64,000 bases of DNA from Oscillospiraceae bacterium (GTDB lineage Bacteria > Bacillota > Clostridia > Oscillospirales > Acutalibacteraceae). The notes beneath the pieces were generated by a model, which saw only the letters and a program-made list of their open reading frames with translations, searched no databases and was not told the origin of the DNA. Every line of letters starts with the position of its first letter. The first letter of the stretch is position 1. The position numbers and the translations under genes are program-made. This document shows, in pieces, positions 37,642 through 48,656 of this stretch. The stretch covers positions 1,186 through 65,185 of the forward strand of contig JAQXZE010000038.1 of NCBI GenBank assembly GCA_029227055.1. The letters are read 5' to 3'.

Positions 37642-39012
37642 ATGGCAAAGGAATCATTAAACTATGATTTTGACGGCGTAAGACAGCCCTATTCAGTTGA
37701 AGCTGAGCAGTCGGTTTTGGGCTCTATAATAATAGACCCTAAAAGTCTTAACGATGTTGCCGTTTTAATAAAGCCTGAGTATTTTTATATCCCACAGCAT
37801 AAGGATATTTATATTGCCCTTATATCTATGTTTGAACTGAATCAGGCGATAGACTTTGTCTCCTTGCTTGAAAAGCTCAAAAGGGACGGCGTTTATGACG
37901 AAACGGGAGGCAAGGCTTATCTTACAACCCTAGTTCAGACTGTACCTACCGCCGCTAATGTACTTACCTATGTTGCGATAATAAGAGAAAAGTATTATGC
38001 TCGTTCACTTCTTCTTGCTGCAAAGGGAATTATAAATGACATTAACGAAAATGTTATGGATTCCGAAAAATTGCTTGATGCGGCAGAGCAGAAGATTTAC
38101 GATATCAGAGAGGATACTCAGGTTAGCGGTCTTACTCACATAAAGCAGGTTATTGAAACCGAAACTTATGACCGTCTTACCAAAATGGCAGACGAGGAAA
38201 CCCGTAAGGACTACATAGGTATTCCCTGCGGAATTGGGGAACTCGATAAAAAACTTACGGGACTTAATAAGTCTGACCTTATTATTCTCGGCGCCCGTCC
38301 CGGTATGGGAAAAACCTCTTTTGCTCTTAATATTTTAAGAAATGTTGCGGTAAATGCAGGTAAAACTGTTTGTATGTTCTCTCTTGAGATGACTCGCGAC
38401 CAATTAGCGCAGAGACTTTTATCAAGTGAAGCCGGAATACAGAGTGAAAAGCTTCGTACAGGTCAGCTTGATGCTGACGAATGGACAAGACTTGCCCAAG
38501 CGGGTGACAATCTTTCCAAAGCTTCAATCTATTTAGATGAAACCTCCTCTATAACTGTGCCCGAAATGAAGGCAAAGTTGCTTCGAATGAAGAAGGTTGA
38601 CCTTGTTATTATCGACTACTTAGGTCTTATGCACGCGGCAAAGCATACCGATAACAGAGTTCAGGAAATTTCTGAAATTACGAGAAGTCTTAAGATAATG
38701 GCAAAGGACTTAAAGGTGCCGATTATTGCCTGTGCTCAGTTATCCCGTGCAACCGAGGTTAAGGGTAAGTCACATAAGCCTGCCCTTTCAGACCTCAGAG
38801 ATTCGGGTTCTATCGAGCAGGACGCCGATATCGTTCTCTTCCTATATAGAGATACTTATTACGATAATGAAAAGAGTGTCGATGATGACCACGCAGACCC
38901 TACAGAAGCAGAGTGCATCATCGCTAAGAACCGTCACGGTGAGGTTGGAACGGTTAAACTGCATTGGGACGGTCAGTATACACGATTTACTTCAGTGGAT
39001 GTGTTCAGATGA
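37642..39012 (+). CDS. dnaB: replicative DNA helicase
   Basis: DnaB N-terminal domain and Walker A GARPGMGKTS. No intein. Confidence 0.96.
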   Translation: MAKESLNYDFDGVRQPYSVEAEQSVLGSIIIDPKSLNDVAVLIKPEYFYIPQHKDIYIALISMFELNQAIDFVSLLEKLKRDGVYDETGGKAYLTTLVQTVPTAANVLTYVAIIREKYYARSLLLAAKGIINDINENVMDSEKLLDAAEQKIYDIREDTQVSGLTHIKQVIETETYDRLTKMADEETRKDYIGIPCGIGELDKKLTGLNKSDLIILGARPGMGKTSFALNILRNVAVNAGKTVCMFSLEMTRDQLAQRLLSSEAGIQSEKLRTGQLDADEWTRLAQAGDNLSKASIYLDETSSITVPEMKAKLLRMKKVDLVIIDYLGLMHAAKHTDNRVQEISEITRSLKIMAKDLKVPIIACAQLSRATEVKGKSHKPALSDLRDSGSIEQDADIVLFLYRDTYYDNEKSVDDDHADPTEAECIIAKNRHGEVGTVKLHWDGQYTRFTSVDVFR

Positions 39013-40298
39013 TTGAAATGTTAGTGGCTAAGGCTATAGCTGATTATAAAATGCTAAGCCTTAGTAATGAAATTACCGTCGCTCTATCGGGCGGTGCCGA
39101 TTCGGTTTGCCTTTTATATGCTTTAAATGAGCTAAAAGGAAAACTCGGGATTACACTTTCGGCTGCGCATTTGAATCACTCTATAAGAGGTTCTGAAGCT
39201 GATAGGGATGAAGCCTTTGTAAAAGAGCTTTGCTCAAGTCTCGGTATTCCTTTGGCTTGTGAAAAAATTGATGTGCCCGAATATGCAAAGAGCCACTCTC
39301 TTAGTCTCGAGCTTGCCGCAAGGCAGGTAAGGTATGACTTTTTGGCTCGCGTATCAAAGGGTGTTGTCGCTACTGCTCACAGTGCCGACGATAATTTGGA
39401 AACGGTTGTTTTTAATCTCGCAAGGGGAACTGCCCTTAAAGGTCTTTGCGGTATTCCGCCTGTAAGAGATAGAATTATCCGCCCTCTCATTTATTGCAGT
39501 CGCGTTGATATAGAGCAGTATTGTGAGGAAAACGGACTTTCCTATGTAACCGATTCAACAAATCTTAGTGACGATTACACAAGAAATAAAATTCGACACA
39601 ATATAGTACCTGTTTTAAAGGAAGTAAACCCTGCCGTAGCTAGAGCAGTAACCCGAATGAGCGAAAGTCTTTCTTTGGATAATGACCTTTTGGAAAATCT
39701 TGCAGAGGAAGAATACAAAAAGCGAATTGTTGACGGGCTGCTCGATATAAAGGGCTTTGATAAAATTCATAAGGCAGTATCACTCAGGGTACTCAAATGC
39801 TTTCTAAACGATTTAGATGTTTTGGAGTTTTCTTCAAAGCATTTAGAACAGCTATATAATATATGTGTTCGCGGCGGTGAGATTTCTTTGCCTAAGGCTG
39901 TGTTTGTCAGCGAATCGGGCAGACTTCATATAAAAACCGATACTCTTTCTAATAAGGAATATAAAGTTGAGGTTTTACCTATAGAGAAGTCAGAATTTTT
40001 AAGTTCTAAAAAAATTAACAATTTGTTATTAAAAAACTATTTAGATTGTGATAGAATAATAGGCAAATTGGAAATTCGTACAAAATTAAGCGGTGACACT
40101 ATTAAACTCAAAAACAAAAACGGTACCAAAACCCTTACAAAACTTTATAATGAATACCGTATTCCCTTAACAGAGCGTAAAACACTTCCTGTTTTGTGTG
40201 ATGATGAGGGTGTTGTGTGGGTTTATAAGATTGGCGTAGCCGAGCGCTGCGCTGCAGATGAAAATTCAAAAAGTATATTAAAAATCAGTATCAGTTAA
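39009..40298 (+). CDS. tilS: tRNA(Ile)-lysidine synthetase
   Basis: PP-loop SGGADS. ATG 39009 overlaps the dnaB stop (ATGA). Confidence 0.92.
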   Translation: MIEMLVAKAIADYKMLSLSNEITVALSGGADSVCLLYALNELKGKLGITLSAAHLNHSIRGSEADRDEAFVKELCSSLGIPLACEKIDVPEYAKSHSLSLELAARQVRYDFLARVSKGVVATAHSADDNLETVVFNLARGTALKGLCGIPPVRDRIIRPLIYCSRVDIEQYCEENGLSYVTDSTNLSDDYTRNKIRHNIVPVLKEVNPAVARAVTRMSESLSLDNDLLENLAEEEYKKRIVDGLLDIKGFDKIHKAVSLRVLKCFLNDLDVLEFSSKHLEQLYNICVRGGEISLPKAVFVSESGRLHIKTDTLSNKEYKVEVLPIEKSEFLSSKKINNLLLKNYLDCDRIIGKLEIRTKLSGDTIKLKNKNGTKTLTKLYNEYRIPLTERKTLPVLCDDEGVVWVYKIGVAERCAADENSKSILKISIS

Positions 40299-40319
40299 TG
40301 GTTTTTTAGGGGGATAATA

Positions 40320-40865
40320 ATGATTGGCTATGAGGATGTAGAGAGAGTTCTTGTTTCAGAGGCGGAAATTGACGAAATCTGTACAAGGCTCGGCAAACAA
40401 ATTTCTGAAGATTATAAGGACAAAAAGCTTCTGCTTGTAAGCGTCCTTAAAGGCGGCGTGGTATTTCTTGCCGATTTAATGCGCAAGATAACCTGTGACT
40501 GTGAAATTGATTTTATGTCGGTTTCATCCTATAGCGGAACCAAAACTACGGGAGTAGTTAAATTCAAAAAGGATATGGATGTTGACCCTGAGGGCAGAGA
40601 TATTCTCATAGTTGAGGATATTCTTGATTCAGGAATAACTCTTTCCTATCTTAAAAAGGTTATTTTAGACCGAAACGCAGCAAGCGTAAAGGTTTGCGCT
40701 TTCCTTGATAAGCCGTCAAACCGCGTTGCTGATATTGAGGCTGAATATACAGGCAAGCAGATACCTGATGAATTTGTAATCGGGTACGGACTTGACTATA
40801 ATGAAAAATACAGAAATTTACCCTTTGTAGGCGTGCTTGCTGAAAAGGTTTATGTGGGTAAATAA
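40320..40865 (+). CDS. hpt: hypoxanthine phosphoribosyltransferase
   Basis: PRPP-binding loop [13 protein letters not shown]. Canonical tilS-hpt-ftsH order. Confidence 0.94.
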   Translation: MIGYEDVERVLVSEAEIDEICTRLGKQISEDYKDKKLLLVSVLKGGVVFLADLMRKITCDCEIDFMSVSSYSGTKTTGVVKFKKDMDVDPEGRDILIVEDILDSGITLSYLKKVILDRNAASVKVCAFLDKPSNRVADIEAEYTGKQIPDEFVIGYGLDYNEKYRNLPFVGVLAEKVYVGK

Positions 40866-40879
40866 AGAGGGAGAAGAAA

Positions 40880-42712
40880 TTGAAGAAAAACATTAAAAAT
40901 GTGCTTTTGTATTTGCTGATACCTATTATATTTATATTGTCCATAGGTTTCGCTAACAAATTCACAAAAAAGACAGCCGAAACAAAATACTACGAAATCG
41001 TTGATATGGTTATCAATAATGAGATTTCTGAGTATCAGTTAAACCTTTATAGCGGTGACCTTAAGTATGTAAAGCGTGCCGACGGTAAAACCTACCGATA
41101 TACTGTAGCCGATCCTTCGATTTTCTATAACGATGTAAACGAAGCGGTTATGAAAATCAATGAGGAAAATCGCGGTACGAATAAGGTTATTAAGCAAGAC
41201 TATAAAAGCGGAGGCAAGGCTTCATGGCTTATGAGCCTTATTCCTACCGTAATTACTATAGGTGTTATGGTACTTTTCTGGGTATTCATAATGCGCCGAA
41301 TGAATTCTATGAACGGCGATAAAACTATGGGATTCGGAAAGGCTAAGGTTAAAAAGGCGGACGATAAAAAGAAAACCACCTTTGCCGATGTTGCGGGCGC
41401 TGACGAAGAGAAGGAAGAAATGGTCGAGATTGTTGACTTCCTTAAGGCTCCCAAAAAGTTCAACGAGATGGGTGCCCGTATTCCTAAGGGCGTACTGCTT
41501 GTGGGTCCTCCCGGAACAGGTAAAACTCTACTTGCACGTGCAGTAGCAGGAGAGGCAGGAGTGCCTTTCTTCTCAATCTCGGGTTCTGACTTTGTTGAGA
41601 TGTTCGTAGGTGTCGGTGCATCCAGAGTAAGAGACCTTTTCGGTGAAGCTAAAAAGAACGCACCCGCTATTATATTCATAGACGAGATTGACGCTGTGGG
41701 TAGACAAAGAGGTGCAGGTCTTGGCGGCGGTCACGATGAGCGCGAGCAGACATTAAATCAGCTGTTAGTTGAAATGGACGGCTTCGGTGTAAACGAGGGC
41801 GTTATCGTTATGGCGGCTACAAACCGTCCTGACATATTAGATAGAGCGCTTCTTCGCCCCGGTAGATTTGACCGTCAGATTACCGTAAACTATCCCGATG
41901 TAAAGGGAAGAGAGGAAATCTTGAAGGTTCATTCAAGAGGAAAGCCACTCGGTCCCGATGTAAATCTTAACACTATTGCAAAGTCTACTTCAGGCTTTAC
42001 AGGTGCAGACCTTGAGAACCTTTTAAACGAGGCTGCTCTTCTTGCAGTTCGTCACGGCAAAAAGGCTATAACTCAGGAAGAAATTGAAGAAGCTACCATT
42101 AAGGTTGTTATGGGTACAGAAAAGAAATCCCATGTTGTTAAAGATAAGGATAAGCTTATTACGGCTTATCACGAGGCAGGTCACGCAGTTGTATCCTACT
42201 TCTTACCGAACCAAGACCCCGTACACCAAATTTCTATTATTCAGCGCGGTATGGCGGCAGGATATACAATGTATCTTCCTACCGAAGAAAAGGGTCATAC
42301 CTCTAAAACGACAATGCTTGAGCAGATTTGTTCACTTCTCGGCGGTAGAGCTGCAGAACAGCTCACTCAAAAGGATGTCTGTACAGGTGCTTCCAACGAT
42401 ATCGAGCGCGCTACCGATTTGGCAAGAAAGATGGTTACTAAGTTCGGTATGAGCGATAAGCTCGGTTTAGTGGCTTACGGTCACGATAACAATGAGGTGT
42501 TCTTGGGCAGAGATTTCTCTTCAACACCTAATTATTCCGAAAAAACAGCCGCTTTAATCGATGAAGAAATCGAGAGGGTTGTAACCGAACAGTATAAGAA
42601 AGCGTTAGAGCTTTTAGAGGGCGCTATGCCCAAGCTTCACGAGGTTGCTAAAATTCTTTTTGAAAAAGAAAAGATTAGCGGTGAAGAATTTAGAGCTTTA
42701 ATGGAAGCTTAA
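40880..42712 (+). CDS. ftsH: ATP-dependent zinc metalloprotease FtsH
   Basis: Walker A GPPGTGKT, Walker B IIFIDEID and zinc site HEAGH. TTG start after a GAGGGAG RBS. Confidence 0.97.
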   Translation: MKKNIKNVLLYLLIPIIFILSIGFANKFTKKTAETKYYEIVDMVINNEISEYQLNLYSGDLKYVKRADGKTYRYTVADPSIFYNDVNEAVMKINEENRGTNKVIKQDYKSGGKASWLMSLIPTVITIGVMVLFWVFIMRRMNSMNGDKTMGFGKAKVKKADDKKKTTFADVAGADEEKEEMVEIVDFLKAPKKFNEMGARIPKGVLLVGPPGTGKTLLARAVAGEAGVPFFSISGSDFVEMFVGVGASRVRDLFGEAKKNAPAIIFIDEIDAVGRQRGAGLGGGHDEREQTLNQLLVEMDGFGVNEGVIVMAATNRPDILDRALLRPGRFDRQITVNYPDVKGREEILKVHSRGKPLGPDVNLNTIAKSTSGFTGADLENLLNEAALLAVRHGKKAITQEEIEEATIKVVMGTEKKSHVVKDKDKLITAYHEAGHAVVSYFLPNQDPVHQISIIQRGMAAGYTMYLPTEEKGHTSKTTMLEQICSLLGGRAAEQLTQKDVCTGASNDIERATDLARKMVTKFGMSDKLGLVAYGHDNNEVFLGRDFSSTPNYSEKTAALIDEEIERVVTEQYKKALELLEGAMPKLHEVAKILFEKEKISGEEFRALMEA

Positions 42713-42724
42713 TATTAAATGTAG

Positions 42725-42759
42725 AGCATCGAAGAAACTTTTTCTTCGATGCTTTTTTA
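42725..42759 (+). terminator. rho-independent terminator after ftsH
   Basis: 12-13 bp stem AGCATCGAAGAAA/TTTCTTCGATGCT followed by TTTTTT. Confidence 0.9.
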
Positions 42760-42806
42760 TGGAAAATTTAGGTAATAAAAAATTTTTAAAAAATCGAAAA
42801 AAATAC

Positions 42807-42835
42807 TTGATTTTTATATTGGAATGTGATATCAT
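42807..42835 (+). promoter_or_regulatory. promoter of the S10 leader/operon
   Basis: TTGATT - 17 nt - TATCAT with TG at the extended -10 position. Confidence 0.6.
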
Positions 42836-42841
42836 ACGAGA

Positions 42842-43119
42842 GTACGCTGCGAAAATGCGGCGTTTATACATGCGTTGATGCGGGAGGTGGCCCATCTCGA
42901 ATGGGGAAATTTCCGCGGAGTATGTCCGATTTTAAACCGGGCGAAAGAACTTTGGAAGGCAGAGATGTACTTGCGAACATCTTTGCAACAGCGGATAATG
43001 TATCCGTTGTCCGGAATTGTCTGTGACCCCAGCAATGCCGGTTTTATATTGTGCCTGAAAGAAAAACACGGCACGGTGTAAGTTTTGCCCGCCAACTAAT
43101 CAAGGAGGCGAAAATTCAC
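42842..43119 (+). promoter_or_regulatory. long structured leader upstream of rpsJ (candidate attenuator / r-protein leader)
   Basis: About 280 nt, GC-richer than its flanks and stop-codon-poor on both strands. At least seven hairpins, including a terminator-like one (43011-43041 followed by TTTT). No alternative promoter before rpsJ. Confidence 0.5.
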
Positions 43120-43431
43120 ATGGCAGTGAAAGAAAAAATCCGTATTCGTATTAAAGGTTACGACCACGCACTTGTAGACCAGTCCGCAGAGAAAATTGTG
43201 GAAACCGCTAAACGTACAGGCGCTAGGGTATCAGGTCCCGTACCGCTACCCACAGAAAAGGAAGTTGTAACAATTCTCCGCGCTGTTCATAAGTATAAGG
43301 ACAGCCGTGAGCAGTTTGAAATGCGAACACACAAAAGGCTCATCGATGTAATAAGACCTTCCAACAAAACTGTTGAGGCTCTTACAAATCTTGAGCTCCC
43401 CGCCGGTGTTGAAATCGAAATCAAGCTTTAA
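43120..43431 (+). CDS. rpsJ: 30S ribosomal protein S10
   Basis: [23 protein letters not shown] lies 9-10 nt upstream of ATG 43120; the ORF-track start is a GTG inside the leader. Confidence 0.97.
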   Translation: MAVKEKIRIRIKGYDHALVDQSAEKIVETAKRTGARVSGPVPLPTEKEVVTILRAVHKYKDSREQFEMRTHKRLIDVIRPSNKTVEALTNLELPAGVEIEIKL

Positions 43432-43506
43432 TATATAAGGTATTCGATTCGCATCGCAGGTCAAGTCAGCTTGAAGGTTGACCAATAACCAAAGGAGGAA
43501 AAAACA

Positions 43507-44136
43507 ATGAAAAAAGGTATTGTAGGCAAGAAGCTCGGTATGACTCAGCTTTTTGATGCAAACGGAAATGTTGTTCCGGTTACTGTTATTGAAGCAGGTC
43601 CCTGTGTAGTTGCACAGAAGAAAACAATCGAGAACGACGGTTATGAAGCTGTACAAATCGGTTACGGCGACATGAAGGCTAACAAGGTAAACCGTCCTAT
43701 GAAGGGTCATTTTGCAAAGGGCGATGTAGCACCTAAGAAGGTTCTTCGTGAGTTCCGTCTTGAAGATGTAAGCGCTATGAATGTAGGCGACATCATTAAG
43801 GCTGACATTTTCGCTGAAGGCGATTCAGTAGATGTAAGAGGCACTTCTAAAGGTAAAGGCTATGCAGGCGTAGTTAAGCGCTGGAACTTCAGCCGCCTTA
43901 AAGAGTCTCACGGTACAGGCCCTGTACACCGCCACGGCGGCTCTTTGGGTGTTATCGACCCCGCTAGAGTATTTAAGGGCAAGAAGATGGCAGGACATCT
44001 CGGTAATGAACGTGTAACCGTTCAAAACTTGAGTGTTGTCAAGGTTGACGCAGAGAAGAATATAATTGCTGTTAAGGGTGCCGTTCCCGGTCCCAAGGGC
44101 GGAATCGTAGTTCTTTTCGATAGCGTGAAGGCTTAA
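43507..44136 (+). CDS. rplC: 50S ribosomal protein L3
   Basis: GIVGKKLGMTQLF signature; S10-operon order. Confidence 0.97.
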   Translation: MKKGIVGKKLGMTQLFDANGNVVPVTVIEAGPCVVAQKKTIENDGYEAVQIGYGDMKANKVNRPMKGHFAKGDVAPKKVLREFRLEDVSAMNVGDIIKADIFAEGDSVDVRGTSKGKGYAGVVKRWNFSRLKESHGTGPVHRHGGSLGVIDPARVFKGKKMAGHLGNERVTVQNLSVVKVDAEKNIIAVKGAVPGPKGGIVVLFDSVKA

Positions 44137-44155
44137 GGGAAGGAGTGTTTGAGTT

Positions 44156-44779
44156 ATGCCGAATATAGCAGTAGTTGATATGGCAGGTAAGAGTGTTGGT
44201 GAAATTACTCTAAGCGATGCCATTTTCGGAATTGAACCCAATGCTGTTGTAATGCACATGGCAGTTGTAAACTACCTTGCAAATAACAGACAGGGCACAC
44301 AGTCAACTCTGACTCGTACCGAAGTTTCCGGCGGCGGTAAAAAGCCTTGGAGACAGAAGGGCACAGGTCACGCAAGACAGGGCTCTACAAGAGCTCCTCA
44401 GTGGAGACATGGCGGTATCGTTCATGCTCCAAAGCCGAGGGATTATTCCTACTCCCTCAATAAGAAGGTTCGTCAGTTAGCACTCAAGTCTGCATTATCC
44501 GATAAGGTTCTTACAGGCAATATGATTGTTCTTGACGCACTTAACTTAGATTCCTACAAAACAAAGACCGTTGTTGATTGCTTAAAGGCAATCGGTGCAG
44601 GAAAGAAAACTCTTATCGTTTTAGAGGATAACAATGCATTTGCAGTAAAGAGTATCGCAAACATTAAGGGTGTTAAATCTGCACAGGTTAACACAATAAA
44701 CACCTACGATATCATTAACGCAGATACACTCGTTATGGTTAAGGGTGCTGCTTTAAAACTTGAGGAGGTGTATGCATAA
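44156..44779 (+). CDS. rplD: 50S ribosomal protein L4
   Basis: [19 protein letters not shown] signature. Confidence 0.97.
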   Translation: MPNIAVVDMAGKSVGEITLSDAIFGIEPNAVVMHMAVVNYLANNRQGTQSTLTRTEVSGGGKKPWRQKGTGHARQGSTRAPQWRHGGIVHAPKPRDYSYSLNKKVRQLALKSALSDKVLTGNMIVLDALNLDSYKTKTVVDCLKAIGAGKKTLIVLEDNNAFAVKSIANIKGVKSAQVNTINTYDIINADTLVMVKGAALKLEEVYA

Positions 44780-45072
44780 TGAAAACCGCACAGGATATCA
44801 TTATCGCTCCGGTAATTACCGAAAAGAGCATGTCCGGCATTGCCGACAAGAAATACACCTTTAAGGTAGCTAAAGATGCTAACAAAATCGAGATAGCTCA
44901 GGCTGTAGAACAGCTTTTCAAGGTTAAAGTTGCTAAGGTAAACACCATCAGCGTTCGCGGCAAGGCAAGACGCATGGGACGTTATGAGGGTTATACAGCT
45001 TCTTGGAAGAAGGCAATCGTTACCTTAAAGGCAGATTCTAAGGCTATCGAGTTCTTCGATGGATTAATGTAA
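44779..45072 (+). CDS. rplW: 50S ribosomal protein L23
   Basis: [11 protein letters not shown]-terminus; operon order. Confidence 0.96.
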   Translation: MKTAQDIIIAPVITEKSMSGIADKKYTFKVAKDANKIEIAQAVEQLFKVKVAKVNTISVRGKARRMGRYEGYTASWKKAIVTLKADSKAIEFFDGLM

Positions 45073-45161
45073 TAAGGTTTTTGTTGGAAATCTTAGATTT
45101 CCGGTGATGTATGAAGTCGTTTGTACGGCTTCGCTAAGCCAATATAGGAGAGTGAAACAAA

Positions 45162-45989
45162 ATGGCAATTAAGCATTACAAGCCGACTACCAACGGTCGC
45201 CGTAATATGACAAGCATGGATTACTCCGAGCTTTCAAAAGTGGCACCTGAGAGAAGTTTGCTTGAGCCGATTAAAAAGAATGCCGGTCGTAACAGCTACG
45301 GCCGTATAACCGTTCGCCATAGAGGCGGCGGAAACCGCAGAAAGTACAGAGTTATAGATTTCAAGAGAAACCGTTTTGGAATTCCCGCAACAGTTCAGAC
45401 TCTTGAGTATGACCCCAACCGTTCAGCATTTATCGCCCTCATTCAGTATGAAGACGGCGTTAAGAGCTACATCATCGCTCCTCAGAATTTAAAGGTAGGC
45501 GATGTAGTTGTAAGCGGTCCTGATGCCGACATTAAGCCCGGTAACGCTTTACCGCTTAGCAATATTCCGGTAGGTACTTTCTTACACAATATTGAACTTT
45601 ACCCCGGCAAGGGCGCTCAGCTCGCTCGTTCAGCCGGAAATATGGCACAGCTTATGGCTAAGGAAAATGGTATGGCACTTTTAAGACTTCCGTCCGGAGA
45701 GCTCCGTAACGTTTCTGAGCGCTGCATGGCTACTGTAGGTGTTGTTTCAAATCCTGAACACAGCAACATCAACTACGGTAAAGCAGGTCGTAAGCGCCAT
45801 ATGGGTTGGAGACCTACAGTTCGCGGTTCTGTAATGAACCCCTGCGATCACCCCCACGGTGGTGGTGAAGGTAAATCCCCGATCGGCCGTCCCGGCCCTG
45901 TTACTCCTTGGGGTAAACCTACTCTTGGTTATAAGACTCGCCAGAAGAATAAGCGCACCGATAAGTATATCGTAAAGCGTCGTAAGTAA
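45162..45989 (+). CDS. rplB: 50S ribosomal protein L2
   Basis: [14 protein letters not shown]...HPHGGGEGK. Confidence 0.97.
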   Translation: MAIKHYKPTTNGRRNMTSMDYSELSKVAPERSLLEPIKKNAGRNSYGRITVRHRGGGNRRKYRVIDFKRNRFGIPATVQTLEYDPNRSAFIALIQYEDGVKSYIIAPQNLKVGDVVVSGPDADIKPGNALPLSNIPVGTFLHNIELYPGKGAQLARSAGNMAQLMAKENGMALLRLPSGELRNVSERCMATVGVVSNPEHSNINYGKAGRKRHMGWRPTVRGSVMNPCDHPHGGGEGKSPIGRPGPVTPWGKPTLGYKTRQKNKRTDKYIVKRRK

Positions 45990-46012
45990 GTCGGACGAAA
46001 GGAGATTTCATA

Positions 46013-46288
46013 ATGGGAAGAAGCATTAAAAAAGGACCTTATGTACAACCCGTGTTGTTCAAGAGAGTTCAGGAAATGAACGAAGCAGGCGAGAAGCGTA
46101 TTCTCAAGACTTGGAGTCGTTCGTCTACCATATTCCCCGATTTCGGCGGGCACACTTTCGCAGTACCTGAAGGACGCAAGCACGTGCCCGTATATGTTAC
46201 CGAAGATATGGTAGGTCACAAGCTCGGTGAATTTGCACCGACCAGAACATTTAAAGGCCACGCCGGTTCTAAGACCAGCGGTAAATAA
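46013..46288 (+). CDS. rpsS: 30S ribosomal protein S19
   Basis: [12 protein letters not shown]-terminus. Confidence 0.97.
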   Translation: MGRSIKKGPYVQPVLFKRVQEMNEAGEKRILKTWSRSSTIFPDFGGHTFAVPEGRKHVPVYVTEDMVGHKLGEFAPTRTFKGHAGSKTSGK

Positions 46289-46311
46289 GCGGCTGAAAGG
46301 AGAGTTTAACT

Positions 46312-46650
46312 ATGGAAGCAAGGGCTACGCTTAAATACGCCCGTATTTCACCCCGTAAGGTGAAAATAGTTCTCGACCTGATTCGTAATCAGGACGCAGA
46401 CAAAGCTATGGCTATACTCAAGTTTACTCCTAAGTCCGCTTGTGAGTATCTCGAGAAGCTTTTAGCTTCTGCAATGGCTAATGCAGAAAACAATCATGAT
46501 ATGGATGTTTCCAAGCTCTACGTAGCAGAGTGCTTTGCATGCCCCGGCCCGATTCTTAAGAGAATTCGCGCTAAGGACCACGGCCGTGCTCATCGTATCT
46601 TAAAGAGAACAAGCCATGTAACTATCGTTCTTAAAGAACGTGAAGACTAA
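46312..46650 (+). CDS. rplV: 50S ribosomal protein L22
   Basis: Operon order. ARISPRKV...RAKDHGRAHRILKRTSH. Confidence 0.96.
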   Translation: MEARATLKYARISPRKVKIVLDLIRNQDADKAMAILKFTPKSACEYLEKLLASAMANAENNHDMDVSKLYVAECFACPGPILKRIRAKDHGRAHRILKRTSHVTIVLKERED

Positions 46651-46666
46651 TTAAGGAGGTTTAATT

Positions 46667-47338
46667 ATGGGTCAGAAAGTTAATCCCCACGGCATGCGTG
46701 TGGGCATAATTAAGAACTGGGACTCACGTTGGTTTGCCAATGACAGCACCTTTGGTGATACATTGGTTGAGGACTATAACCTCCGTAGATACCTTAAGAA
46801 GACATTGGCAACTGCCGGTGTTTCCAAGGTAGAAATCGAACGTGATGATAAGCGTGTAAGATTACACATCCACTGTGCAAAGCCCGGTATGGTTATCGGA
46901 CGTAACGGTTCTGAAATCGAAAAGCTCCGTACAACCTGTCAGGATATGCTCGGTAAGACTGTTGTAATCAACATTGTTGAGATTAAGAGTCCCGACACAA
47001 ACGCTACATTAGTTGCTGAGAATATCGCAGCACAGCTTGAAAAGCGTATTTCTTTCCGCCGCGCAATGAAGCTCGCTATCGGCAGAGCAATGCGTCTTGG
47101 CGTTAAGGGTATTAAAACTCAGGTTTCAGGCCGTCTTGGCGGTGCTGAAATCGCAAGAAGCGAACAGTATCACGAAGGAACAATCCCGCTACAGACACTT
47201 CGCGCTGATATCGACTATGGTTTTGCTGAGGCAGATACAACCTACGGCCGTATCGGTGTTAAGGTTTGGATTTACAAGGGTGAGGTTTTAAGTGATAACC
47301 GTAGCCGTAAGTCTAAGAAGGAAGGGGGATCCCGCTAA
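46667..47338 (+). CDS. rpsC: 30S ribosomal protein S3
   Basis: [14 protein letters not shown]-terminus. Confidence 0.97.
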   Translation: MGQKVNPHGMRVGIIKNWDSRWFANDSTFGDTLVEDYNLRRYLKKTLATAGVSKVEIERDDKRVRLHIHCAKPGMVIGRNGSEIEKLRTTCQDMLGKTVVINIVEIKSPDTNATLVAENIAAQLEKRISFRRAMKLAIGRAMRLGVKGIKTQVSGRLGGAEIARSEQYHEGTIPLQTLRADIDYGFAEADTTYGRIGVKVWIYKGEVLSDNRSRKSKKEGGSR

Positions 47339-47763
47339 TGTTAATGCCTAAGCGTGTAAAATACCGCAGAGTTCATCGTGGTAGACTTACCGGTGTAGCT
47401 ACTCGTGGTAACACAGTATCTCACGGAGACTTCGGTCTTCAGGCAACAGAGCCGGCGTGGATTACCTCTAACCAGATAGAGGCTGCACGTATTGCCATGA
47501 CTCGCTGCATTAAGCGTGGCGGTCAGGTTTGGATTAAAATCTTCCCCGATAAGCCGATTACAGAGAAGCCCGCTGAAACTCGAATGGGTTCAGGTAAAGG
47601 TTCTCCTGAGTACTGGGTTGCAGTTGTTAAGCCCGGCCGCGTAATGTTTGAAATCGGCGGTGTATCGGAGGAATTAGCTCGTGAGGCTATGCGCCTCGCA
47701 GCAAACAAGCTTCCTATCAAATGTAAGTTTGTTACTAAGCAGGAAATGGGTGGTGAGCAGTAA
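47338..47763 (+). CDS. rplP: 50S ribosomal protein L16
   Basis: [16 protein letters not shown]-terminus. Confidence 0.97.
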   Translation: MLMPKRVKYRRVHRGRLTGVATRGNTVSHGDFGLQATEPAWITSNQIEAARIAMTRCIKRGGQVWIKIFPDKPITEKPAETRMGSGKGSPEYWVAVVKPGRVMFEIGGVSEELAREAMRLAANKLPIKCKFVTKQEMGGEQ

Positions 47764-47972
47764 TGAGAGCTAAGGAAATAAGAGAAAACACTTTACCCGA
47801 GTTAAACGAGCAGTTAAGCAAGCTTAAAGAGGAGTTATTCAATCTTCGTTTCCAGCTTGCCATTAACCAGCTTGAAAACCCGATGCGTATTGTTGCTGTC
47901 AAGAAAGATATCGCCCGCGTTAAAACAATAATTCGCGAAAAAGAAATCAACAATGACAGCGCTAACGCTTAA
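47763..47972 (+). CDS. rpmC: 50S ribosomal protein L29
   Basis: Operon order. [10 protein letters not shown] motif. Confidence 0.95.
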   Translation: MRAKEIRENTLPELNEQLSKLKEELFNLRFQLAINQLENPMRIVAVKKDIARVKTIIREKEINNDSANA

Positions 47973-47991
47973 TAAAGGGAGGTAAGCTGAA

Positions 47992-48249
47992 ATGAGCGAA
48001 AGAAACCTTCGTAAAACAAGAGTAGGTATCGTTGCAAGTGACAAGATGGATAAAACCGTTGTTGTTGCTATTCAGGACAACGTTAAGCACCCGCTCTATA
48101 AGAAGATTATCAAGAACACTATCAGACTGAAGGCACACGATGAGAATAACATCTGTGGCATCGGCGACAGAGTTCTTATTATGGAAACAAGACCGCTATC
48201 CAAAGACAAGAATTGGCGTGTGGTTGAGATTATCGAAAAGGCTAAGTAA
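47992..48249 (+). CDS. rpsQ: 30S ribosomal protein S17
   Basis: [14 protein letters not shown]...HDENN motif. Confidence 0.96.
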   Translation: MSERNLRKTRVGIVASDKMDKTVVVAIQDNVKHPLYKKIIKNTIRLKAHDENNICGIGDRVLIMETRPLSKDKNWRVVEIIEKAK

Positions 48250-48270
48250 GTCTAAAGGGAGGAAACCACT

Positions 48271-48639
48271 GTGATACAACAACAGAGTTACCTCAAGGTT
48301 GCCGACAACACAGGTGCTAAAGAAATTATGTGCATCCGTGTTCTTGGAGGCTCCAGAAGGAGGTATGCCAACATCGGCGATGTAATCGTTGCTTCTGTTA
48401 AAAAGGCAGCACCCGGCGGTACTGTAAAGAAGGGCGACGTAGTTAAGGAAGTTGTGGTTAGTTCCTCAAAAGGCCTTCGCCGTAATGATGGCACATTCAT
48501 TAGATTTGATGAAAATGCGGCTGTTATCATTCGTGATGACAAAAACCCCCGTGGTACCCGTATTTTTGGACCGGTAGCCCGTGAGCTTCGTGATAAGGAT
48601 TACACAAAGATTCTGTCGTTAGCTCCGGAAGTGCTTTAA
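48271..48639 (+). CDS. rplN: 50S ribosomal protein L14
   Basis: (M)[20 protein letters not shown] start after GGGAGG. Confidence 0.97.
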   Translation: MIQQQSYLKVADNTGAKEIMCIRVLGGSRRRYANIGDVIVASVKKAAPGGTVKKGDVVKEVVVSSSKGLRRNDGTFIRFDENAAVIIRDDKNPRGTRIFGPVARELRDKDYTKILSLAPEVL

Positions 48640-48656
48640 TGAGGAGGTAAGCTAAA

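Noticed and set aside
42826-43095. Three overlapping ORFs of 66-87 aa on both strands in the ftsH-rpsJ spacer.
   Set aside because: None has an RBS, and the ORFs overlap each other on both strands. The openness is better explained by the GC-richer structured leader RNA.
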